Source: Planctomycetia bacterium
GTDB lineage: Bacteria > Planctomycetota > Planctomycetia > JALXBF01 > JBGPMX01
Direction: 5' to 3'
Assembly: GCA_036758585.1 (NCBI GenBank)
Contig: DAIOWH010000003.1
Location: 6,152 to 70,151, forward strand
Length of the DNA stretch: 64,000 nucleotides
Shown here: positions 1 to 9,200 of the stretch, piece by piece
Position numbering within the stretch: position 1 is the stretch's first letter
How the letters are laid out: each line of letters starts with the position of its first letter
Translations under genes and position numbers: made by a program
The notes under the pieces: model-generated
The model's database searches: none
Told to the model about the DNA's origin: nothing
What the model saw: the letters and a program-made list of their open reading frames with translations, nothing else

Positions 1-47
1 CGCTAGTCGCCACGATTGCGGGGCGTTAGACTGGCGGAGCGTTTTGT

Positions 48-54
48 GGGAGGG
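48..54 (+). promoter_or_regulatory. Shine-Dalgarno-like GGGAGGG 8 nt upstream of TTG start at 63
   Basis: purine-rich GGGAGGG read directly at 48-54; spacing 8 nt to TTG (reported as M by ORF track). Confidence 0.4.
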
Positions 55-62
55 CCAGCCCC

Positions 63-1442
63 TTGCTCCGCATCGGCCGCGAAAGCCAACGCAATTGCCA
101 AGGCGTGACCCGTCGCGAGTTCTTGCAGGCGGGGTCGCTCGGCGCGTTGGGTCTGACTTGGGCCGACCTGTTGCGACTGCGGGCGATCGGCGGCGCCGCC
201 GACTCGCCGGTGCGGTCGGTGGTGCTGGTCTGGCTGTGGGGCGGGCCGAGTCACCTCGACACGTTCGACATGAAGCCCGCCGCGCCCGACGAATATCGCG
301 GCCCGTTCACGCTCACGCGCACCCGTGTCAGCGGCATTCACATCTGCGAGTTGTTGCCACGACTCGCGAAGCTCACCGACAAGTATTCGATCCTGCGTTC
401 GCTGCACTGCGCATCGAACGATCACGGAGTCGCCGGCACGATCGGCCTGACCGGCTCGATCGCCGGATCGATCAACCTGGGCGGCATGACCGCGGTCGGC
501 AGCGCGCGGCCGTGTACCGGTTCGATCGTCTCGCGATTTCGCGCGTCGTCGAACGTGACGACGATGTTGCCGCGTTTCATCGTCGTGGGCGGGCGGTTGC
601 ACCAGGGCAAGAAGCCGATTGCCGGCGAGGGGGGCGGAAAGCTCGGCGCGGTCTACGATCCGTTTCGGCTGGAGTACGACGTCGACCAGGGCGCGAAGGC
701 CCCGGCGATCGCACTGGCCGAGGATGTGCCCGTGGCCCGGCTCGATGATCGCCGCGGACTGCTGCGGTCGCTCGATCAGGCCGACCAGCGCATCGAGGCG
801 CGCCGACCGATCCAATCGCTCGACGGCTTCTACGATCAGGCGTTCTCGCTGCTCATGGCCGGCCCGGCGAAGAAGACATTTGACCTGGCCGGCGAGTCCG
901 ACGCGGTGCGCGATCGTTACGGCCGGTTTCGGTTTGGGCAATCGTGTCTGCTCGCGCGGCGGCTGGTTGAGGCGGCCGTGCCGTTCGTGCAAGTGAACTG
1001 GAGCGCGCACGTCGAGGCCGAAGAGGATGCCGGCGACGGCGGCTGGGACATGCACTATCGTAACTTCGAGGTGCTGCAAGACCGGCATCTGTGGATGCTC
1101 GACCAGACGCTCAGTGCGTTTCTGGAGGATCTCGACGCGCGCGGCCTGCTGGCCAGTACGTTGGTGCTGGCGGTCGGCGAGTTCGGGCGCACGCCGAAGA
1201 TCAATCCGCACGCAGGTCGCGATCATTGGGAGAAGTGCTACTCGGCCGTGATGGCGGGCGGCGGCGTGGTCGGCGGCCGCGTAGTCGGTTCGAGCGACGC
1301 ACTCGGCGAGCACCCGCGCGAACGACCGCTCACACCGGCCGACCTGGCCGCCACGGTGCTCGACCGCTGCGGAGTATCGGTCGCCGGGCTACAGCAGTTT
1401 CAGGTGCAGCCCGAGGGCGAGGTGATTCGGGAGCTGTTTTGA
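63..1442 (+). CDS. DUF1501-family protein (alkaline-phosphatase/sulfatase-like fold) with twin-arginine (Tat) signal
   Basis: 459-aa ORF; N-terminal 'TRREFLQAGSLGALGL' Tat-type signal; 'LWGGPSHLDTFDMKP' and C-terminal 'GRDHW' motifs typical of Planctomycete DUF1501 proteins; TTG start preceded by GGGAGGG; the overlapping minus-strand ORF 3-1313 is low-complexity Arg/Ala-rich. Confidence 0.7.
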   Translation: MLRIGRESQRNCQGVTRREFLQAGSLGALGLTWADLLRLRAIGGAADSPVRSVVLVWLWGGPSHLDTFDMKPAAPDEYRGPFTLTRTRVSGIHICELLPRLAKLTDKYSILRSLHCASNDHGVAGTIGLTGSIAGSINLGGMTAVGSARPCTGSIVSRFRASSNVTTMLPRFIVVGGRLHQGKKPIAGEGGGKLGAVYDPFRLEYDVDQGAKAPAIALAEDVPVARLDDRRGLLRSLDQADQRIEARRPIQSLDGFYDQAFSLLMAGPAKKTFDLAGESDAVRDRYGRFRFGQSCLLARRLVEAAVPFVQVNWSAHVEAEEDAGDGGWDMHYRNFEVLQDRHLWMLDQTLSAFLEDLDARGLLASTLVLAVGEFGRTPKINPHAGRDHWEKCYSAVMAGGGVVGGRVVGSSDALGEHPRERPLTPADLAATVLDRCGVSVAGLQQFQVQPEGEVIRELF

Positions 1443-1470
1443 GCTCAGTTGATCCGCGAAGAGACAACCA

Positions 1471-1493
1471 CGAATCACACGAATCACACGAAT
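1471..1493 (+). repeat. short tandem repeat (CGAATCACA x2 + CGAAT) abutting/overlapping ATG of downstream gene
   Basis: read directly: cgaatcaca cgaatcaca cgaatg. Confidence 0.5.
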
Positions 1494-2475
1494 GAAAAAC
1501 AGGACGCAGGCAAACAGGCGGGAACCACGAGGTCGATCTGCGTGGCACTTGCTTGAGCAACCGCCGGCGATCTTCGCATTCGTGTTATTCGTGCCATTCG
1601 TGGTTGTGGTTTGGTTGGCGTGCGGACAAGACGCCGCGTCAGCCGCGCGTCCCGCCCAAGACTCGACCGTTCAACGCTTGACCACCGACGGCAACCTGAA
1701 ACAGCATCCAGCCTGGTCGCCCGACGGCAAGTTGCTCGTTTGTACGATCTACCTCAAGGGCAAGGTTGGACTGGTTCAGCGGTCGTTGGATGTTGCGGAA
1801 TGGAAACATGTGACGCCGCTCGATGATAATCCGGAATACGAGCCGGTGTGGTCGCCCGACGGCGGGCGTATCGTGTTTGTGCAGGACTCGTTGTCGGGGA
1901 CCGACGGACAGCTTCGCCTCTACGTCATGAACGCGGATGGTTCGGAAGCGAAGCAACTGGTCGCGCCGGCGAACCGACCGAACCAAGACGAGCACCCGGC
2001 GTGGTCGCCCGACGGCAAGACCATCGCATTTACGACAACCCGCGCCGGCAACCAGGAGATATACCTGTGTGACGCCGATGGGTCGAACCTGCGGCGCATC
2101 ACGACGTCGCCCGGCGCCGACTCGCACCCGACCTGGTCGCCCGACGGCAAACAGCTCGCGTTTTGTTCGGTGCGGTTCGGCAACATGGAGATTTGTGCGA
2201 TGGGGGCCGACGGATCGGACGTGCGGCGACTGACCGATCACCCGGCGTTGGACTACGCGCCGAAATGGTCGCCCGACGGGCGTCACATCGCGTTCACAAC
2301 GACTCGCGACGGGGATTACGAGGTGTACTTGGTGCGCCCCGACGGCAGCGGGCTCGTGAACCTGACTCGCCACGCGGGGCTGGACAAGGACCCCGCGTGG
2401 GCGCCCGACGGGCGTTGGGTAACGTTTGTGTCGAATCGCGAGGGTCGATTTGACCTGTATCGAATTGGAATCTGA
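1492..2475 (+). CDS. TolB-like periplasmic beta-propeller protein (PD40 / WD40-like beta-propeller repeats)
   Basis: 327-aa ORF; N-terminal hydrophobic segment 'IFAFVLFVPFVVVVWLACG' then AxA site 'ASA'; at least 7 repeats of 'P(A/T/V)WSPDG(K/R)xIAF..R.G..EIY' (PD40 signature). Confidence 0.7.
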   Translation: MKNRTQANRREPRGRSAWHLLEQPPAIFAFVLFVPFVVVVWLACGQDAASAARPAQDSTVQRLTTDGNLKQHPAWSPDGKLLVCTIYLKGKVGLVQRSLDVAEWKHVTPLDDNPEYEPVWSPDGGRIVFVQDSLSGTDGQLRLYVMNADGSEAKQLVAPANRPNQDEHPAWSPDGKTIAFTTTRAGNQEIYLCDADGSNLRRITTSPGADSHPTWSPDGKQLAFCSVRFGNMEICAMGADGSDVRRLTDHPALDYAPKWSPDGRHIAFTTTRDGDYEVYLVRPDGSGLVNLTRHAGLDKDPAWAPDGRWVTFVSNREGRFDLYRIGI

Positions 2476-2965
2476 GAACAAGTTGTGTCGGGCATTGCCA
2501 GCCCAGTTTTCGCTCGGGGGCGGCACAGGCTTAGCAGCCAGACAAGCCCTCCGAAAGTTTTTTGTTGAATTCCACGGTTGCGGCGGGTAACAAGGAGTAG
2601 TTTTAACGGGTCTCTAGACCCGGACCGAGGGGGCGAGTGGTGGCGCGGGATTTCGGTCTGCTGGCGAGGGGCTTGGCGACCGACGGCCTTCATTCCTGCG
2701 CGATCCACACAGTATTTGGTGTTCGGTCGCATTCCGCCCGAAAGCGATAGCTCACGGGGTCGCCGCTGTCGGCGGGTGTGGCACCCTCATTGGTGGCCGG
2801 TGGTTCCCTTCGGGGCACACATCACCATCTTGCGGGTTAGGCAATCCACGCCGCGGCGCGCACGCAGGGCGTCGTTCCCGCACGACCATCGACAACCACC
2901 CACGCAGAGTTTGGGGAATCATGAGTAGTTTTGTGCGCCTGTACAGGGAGTGCTTGGGGGTGTGT

Positions 2966-3108
2966 TGCGCTCCACACTGAAAGGGGTTTGAATTCGTTTA
3001 ACCCGCAGCCGCAGGCGAGGCACAACCAACGCCAGCCATGCCTCGCCTGCGGCTGCGGGTTAAACGACCGAAGCCGACTTCAGACCCTATTCAGTGTGGA
3101 GCGGTACT
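2966..3108. repeat. nested inverted repeat: perfect 26-bp stem / 16-nt loop hairpin (2997-3064) inside a 14-bp outer inverted repeat (2969-2982 / 3092-3105)
   Basis: TTTAACCCGCAGCCGCAGGCGAGGCA ... TGCCTCGCCTGCGGCTGCGGGTTAAA are exact reverse complements; CGCTCCACACTGAA / TTCAGTGTGGAGCG likewise; lies ~100-240 bp upstream of the giant-gene start. Confidence 0.85.
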
Positions 3109-3193
3109 AAGTCGTCCCGACGCGGCCTGTCGTGCATGGTCGCAAGGCGGGGATGCGTGACCGGGTTCAGTTCGAGGGGAAGAAGACGTCACC

Positions 3194-3198
3194 GAGGT
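3194..3198 (+). promoter_or_regulatory. Shine-Dalgarno GAGGT, 6 nt upstream of ATG 3205
   Basis: accGAGGTaagctcATG; same GAGGT core also precedes the second giant gene. Confidence 0.5.
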
Positions 3199-3204
3199 AA
3201 GCTC

Positions 3205-6200
3205 ATGAAGTGGTTCAGAAGACTGCTGTCGCGGAGCGCGGGACAAGAACACAAACGGTCGAGATCGCGCGGGCACGGCGAAACGAGGATGGCCGAGCGC
3301 CGCAGCGCGAGTCCGGGAACCGGCGGCACGCGCCGGCGGCGCACGGGGTCGAGCGACCACGAAGAGCGGCGTCTGGCGAAGCCGCACAAGTTCGCGCTGG
3401 AGCGACTCGAAGAGCGTGTGCTGCTGTCGAGCGACCCGATCAAGACTGCGGCCCTAGATCGACTGCAGACGGCCACCGTGTTGGACCAAGACACGATGAT
3501 CTGGGACAACCAGCAGTCGGACTTCGTTCCGGACGAATGGTTGGTTCGTTTCCGGCTCGACTCGGGATTGACGCCCGACCAGCAACGAGTGCAGGCCAGC
3601 CAGCGGCTTGCCACGCTGGCGCCGAATGCGACGCTGGGCGACTACCTGAACTCGCCGGGCCTGTTCGCAATCCAATCGCCGTCTTCGAGTCCCTCGGCGA
3701 TGGCCGCCCTGTTGAACAGCGCCGCCGATCTGGCGTACATCGAGCCGAACTTCGTCGGCACGTGGCTCGCGGTCCCGAATGATTCGCTGTTTGGCCAGCA
3801 GTGGGCGATGAACAACACAGGCCAGACGGGCGGTACGGTGGACGCCGACATCGATGCCGTGGAGGCATGGGACCTGACGACCGGTTCGGCGAGCGTCGTA
3901 GTTGCGGTGCTCGACTCGGGCGTTGACCTGACTCATCCCGATCTTGCCGCCAACATCTGGGTGAATCCGGGCGAGGTTGCAGGCAACGGGGTGGACGACG
4001 ACGGCAACGGCCTGATCGACGACATCAACGGCTTTGACTTCTTCAGCAACGACAACGATCCGAGCGACCCGCTGGGGCACGGTACTCACGTGGCCGGCGA
4101 CGTCGGTGCGGTGGGGAACAACGGAGTCGGCGTAGCGGGCGTCAACTGGACGACCGACATCATCGCGGTCAAGGTGGGCAATGCCGCGGGTCCGTCGATC
4201 ACCGCCACGACGGCGGGCATCAACTACATCACGGACCTGCGAACGAACCGTGGCATCAACGTGCGGGTGATGAACGCGAGCCTCAACCTGCCGTTCTCGC
4301 AGGCGCAACTGGATGCGATCAATGCCGCCGATGCCGCCGGCATCTTGTTGGCCGCGGCGGCGGGCAACTCAAACTCGAACATCGACGTCGTGCCCACCTA
4401 CCCCGCGAGCTACTCAGCGCCGAACATTATTTCGGTCGCCGCCACGACGCACAACGACGCGAAGGCGAGTTTCTCCAGCTTCGGCGCCAACTCGGTCGAC
4501 TTGGGCGCGCCGGGCGAGGACATCCTCAGTACGGTGCCAACCAGCGGCGCGCTCGGCGACCCGTCGGGCTTCCGGTCGTTGGATGGAACGTCGTTCGCGT
4601 CGCCGATCGTGGCGGGTGCGGCGGCGCTGGGATTCGCGATCAATCCGACCGCGACGCACACTCAAGTGCGCAGCGCGATGCTGAACACGGTCGACCCGGT
4701 CGCTGGGCTGTCTGGTCTGACCGCGACCGGTGGACGACTGAATCTGTACGCCATGCTTCAGGCGTTGCAGCCGTCGCCGCCGCCGTCGGTCACCGTCCCG
4801 GGCAGCGGCGGAATCTATCCGAACTTCGCCGCTCAGAACGAGCCGCAGGTCGTCGTACATCCGCTCGACGCCAGCTATGTCGTGGCGGCTTACAATGATC
4901 GTTCCGAGACCAACCAAAACGGCGTTTCGTATTCCAATGATTTGGGCAACACCTGGTACCACACCGGCGTGCCGTTGCCCGCGCTCGGTACGCTGGCCGA
5001 TACAACGGGCGATGATCCGAGCGTATCGTTCGACTCGCTGGGCCGGCTGTACTACGCATCGAGCGGACTGGAGCCTGACCCCAACGACCCGCTCGCGTTC
5101 CGGGTCGAGCCGAACCAAATCGACGTCAAGTCGTTCCAGCGATCAAACGGCATCTTCGTGAGCCGCAGTGATGATTCGGGCGCGACGTGGGGTGTGAACA
5201 ACACGACCAGCACCGCGACCGGCAGCAAGCCGGCCGTGGCGGTGTTCACAAACACCTTCAGCGGCTCCGGCGACGTGAACTTCGAGACCGGGCCGTTTTC
5301 GATCACCGACCGCACGCCGACCAGTCCGTTCCGCAATCGGGTTTACGTGGTGTGGACGCGGTATCATTCCACGGGCGGCGGCGACATCATGTTCTCCAGC
5401 TCGGCCGACGGGGGCGTTACCTGGAGCACCCCACCGCTGGTGATCACGCAAGGGGTGGCCGGCGCCGGGGCCGGCACCGCGTCCGTCGGCACGACGAACG
5501 TCAACGGCGCCCGCTTAGCCATCGCGCCCAACGGCGATTTGTTCGTGGCGTACAACGCGGGCGGACAGATCAACGTACACCGGTCGCGCGACGCGGGTCG
5601 CACCTGGACCGCGGCGACCACGCCGTTTGGCGCGGGTGCGGCGGTCGCCACCATCGGCAGCCCGCTGCCGAGCGGGAACTTCCGTACCAATGCGTTTCCG
5701 GACATCGAAGTGGGGCTCGATCCCACTACGTCGCTGGCGAATCTGTACCTCGCCGTCGCCGACGACCCCGATCAGATCGGCACCGGCCAGGAAGGCGGCG
5801 ACGTGTACTTCGTGCGGTCGCTCGACGCGGCCACGGTCGCCGACGCCAGCTTTGCGGCGGGCACGACCTGGGGCGCGCCCGTGAAGCTGAACAGCGACGC
5901 GGCGGGCAAGAACCAGACGATGCCGCAGATGGCCGTCGACGAGGTCGGCAACATTGGCGTCGTCTGGTACGACACGCGCAATGACGCCGGCAACCACGAC
6001 CTCGAAGTGTTCCAGCGATCGAGCACCGACGGCGGCGCGATGTTCGCGGCCGACGCCGTGCTGACGGCCGCCTCGTTCGATCCCGACACCGGCCAGTTCG
6101 TGGCCAACGCCAACTTCGGCGACCGCATCGGCCTGGCCGCGTTCGGGGCGACCGGCTACGCCGTGTGGACCGACTCGTCGGTCGGCGAGCAATCGATCTT

Positions 6201-9200
6201 CTTCCAGACGTTCTCGATCGGCACTCCCCCGGCTGTGACTGGGCCGCAAGTAGTCAACATCATGGTCCCCGGCGAGGACCCGCTTACGCCGGGCACGGTC
6301 TACGACCAGACCAATTTTCAGCAGAACTTCGAGCCGGTGAACGGACTGGCCAGCCCGGTCAGGCACCTGGTGATCCAATTCGACAAGCCGCTCGATCCGG
6401 TGTTTGCCGAAGATCCGCGCAACTACGACTTGCGCGCGACCGGCGGCGACGGACTGTACCACGTGCGCGTGGAACTGGCGCCGGGCAGCACGGGAGTCGG
6501 GCCGCTGCCCGCCATGGCTTTCACATCGCTGAACGTGGCTGACGGCGCGCTCGGAGGTCGCCAAACGCTCACCACCGGCTTTGGCGGCAACAGCGACCTC
6601 AAGTTCATCGCGTCGGATCCGGCGACCGCCAGCGGCAAGATTCGGGTTCGTTATGTCGCAGACGGCCTGGACGCGCCGCTCACCGTGGACGTGTTCGAGA
6701 ACGTTGCCAGCGGCACCACCGACATCACGGTGAACCTGGCCACCGATGAGTTCGGCACGGTGACCAGTACAGCGGGCGACGTCTTTACGCTGCTCAATAA
6801 CTTCGTCGGCGACGGCATTCTGGGCACCACCGACGACCGGCAGTTCAAGGTGACGCCGGTGTACAACCCGGCCACGCCGTTGTTTGGGGCGAACGGGCCG
6901 CTGGTTCCGACCGTCACGCTCTACATCGAAGCCGATTCGACCACCGGGCATCAGGCGCCGCTGAACCCAGGCAACTACCGGCTGGCGCTCGAGACCGAGA
7001 TCCTCGCCGACAACGGTAAAAGGCTGATCCCGCAGAACGACCCGGACGACGACGGATCGGCCGGGGCGATCCTCGACACCAACTTTGCCTTCGTCGATCG
7101 CAACGACGACCTGCTCGACGACACGCCGACGACTCGTGACGCCTATTACTTCAAGGTGGTGGTGCCGCCGCCCGATCCGGTCGACCCGACCACCGCGGGC
7201 CTCGTGTTTGTCGACCTCACCGACACGCAGAGCGACGCCCCCGGCGCGACGCCCACGCCCGGCACCGCCTCGAACCCGTTCGATTCGGTGCAAGAGGCGA
7301 TCACTCGCTCTGTGGCCGGCAGCACCGTTTTTGTGCGGTCGAACACCGCGGACCAGCCGTACGTCATCGACTTGGCCGCAGCCGATCCCGACAATCGGAC
7401 GCTGCGCATCGAGCGGCAGATGCGGGTGGTCTTCGAGCGCGGCGTGATCGTGAAACTGCGCGAGCGCAAGATCGAAGTGGCCGACGGCGGCATCCTGATC
7501 ACCCAGGGCGAGTTCAACGATCCGGTGGTGTTCACGTCGCTGACCGACGACTTCCACGGCGGCGACACCAACGGCGACGGCGAAAACACCCGCCCGCAAG
7601 CGGGCGAGTGGGCTGGCGTCGTTTTTCGCGCGAATAGCGACAGCCTGAACTCGCGCGTCGAGTTCACGCAACTGCGCTATGCGGGCGGGTTCGACGCGCC
7701 GTCCAGCGTGTCCAACCGGCAGCGATTCAGCCCGATCCACCTGGAGGGCGACACGACCGGCACGATCGGCTCGACGCCCACCATCGTCTCGAACCTGATC
7801 GTCGATTCGTCCGAGCCGGCGATTTCGGCCGACCTCGCGTCGCTCAGCGCGACCGGGCCGACCGGCGTGCCGAACAGCGGGCCCGACGTCCGCGCCAACC
7901 AGATCGGCCGCACGTCGATCAACGGCATGTTCATTCGCGTCGGCATCGATCCCAGTACCAACTCGTTGCGCACGCTGAACCGCGAGATGCGGCTCGACGA
8001 CAACACGATCACGCACGTGCTCACAGACAACCTGTTCATTGCAACGGGCGGCGTCACCCTGATGCCGGGCGTCAATCTCGAACTGTTCGGGTCGATGATC
8101 GACGTGCGCGACGGCACGTTCTTCGACGCGCTGGGGACGCCGCAGAGTCCGGTGGTGATCAGTTCGCTCAAGGACGACCGCACCGGCGTCGGCCCCAACC
8201 ACCTGGGCGAGCGTCAGGTCGATCAGAGCAACGACGGCAACAAGAGCCTGCAGTCGCTGGGCGGCGCAGCGTACGAGGAGTGGGGCGGCATCCGCTATAA
8301 CGCGAATACGCGCGGCGACCTGTTGAGCGCCACGATCGCGTTCGGCGGCGGCAGCGTGCCGTTTGCCGGCGAGTCGCGGGCATTCAACATGATCGAGGTG
8401 CTGGGCGCGCCGACCGCGACGCCGTCGCGGCCTACGTTCGTCAACATCCGCAACAGTGAGCTGCACCACGCGTCGGGCGCCGCCGTGTGGGTCGAGACCG
8501 GCGATATCAACCTGACCGGCAACATGATCCACGACACCCGCACCGCCGGGTTCGTTGACTTCCCCAACCACCCCGAACGAGTCGACCGCAACATCGGCGC
8601 CGCCGTCTCGGTCGATCCAAACACGCTCGACACCGACAGCTACGAGCCAGGCAACACCTACGAGGCCCTAGTCGAACCCGAAATCGTCGGCAATTCGTTG
8701 TTCCGCAACGTGATCGACGGCCTTGACATTCGCGGCCAACACACCGGCGCCGCGGCCAACGGCTCGATCCGCTCGGTCAACGACGGCTCGCTCTCAGTCT
8801 TTGGCCTGTGGGACGACGACGACATCACTCACGTGCTGCGCCGCGACATTCAGATCGGGTTTGCCAATCCGATCGATAGGCCGGTGCCCGTCAACCTGGC
8901 GGTCGGCCCTGGCGTAGTCGTCAAACTCGATCGGACGGTCGACATCACGGTGCTGGGCAGTTCGACCGGCCGGACGGCTGGCGTCGCGTCGAGCATGCAC
9001 ATCGTCGGCGCCGGCGCCGACCCCGAGGCGGTTCCGCCGCGCGACCCGAACCCCGTGCTGTTCACGTCGACCACCGACGACCTGGCCGAGGTCAGCGGCT
9101 TCGACATCGGCCCCGACCGGGCGCCCGGCACGCTCGGCGTCGACGACCCGGACATCAGCACCGGCCTGCCCAACGGCGTGATCGACGATCCCGGCGAAAT

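Noticed and set aside
3-1313. 436-aa minus-strand ORF overlapping the DUF1501 gene
   Set aside because: Its translation is Arg/Ala-rich low complexity with no recognisable motif, whereas the plus-strand frame has Tat signal and DUF1501 motifs. It is a typical antisense ORF produced by GC3-rich codon usage.
2578-2928. 116-aa plus-strand ORF (and minus ORFs 2316-2732, 2837-3025) in the region upstream of the giant gene
   Set aside because: No SD, no motifs, Arg/Trp-rich composition. The region is better explained as non-coding leader/promoter DNA containing the nested hairpin.
2966-3108. Miniature inverted-repeat transposable element / IS terminal repeats
   Set aside because: The element is only ~140 bp with no flanking direct target duplication visible, and there is no transposase ORF anywhere in the window. 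Kept as a structured regulatory or REP-like candidate instead.
3094-3204. GTG 3094 as the start codon of the giant gene (ORF-track start)
   Set aside because: GTG 3094 sits inside the right arm of the outer inverted repeat and has no SD. ATG 3205 has a well-spaced GAGGT. The first 37 codons ('MWSGTKSSRRGLSCMVARRGCVTGF...') look non-proteinaceous. This is kept only as a possibility.
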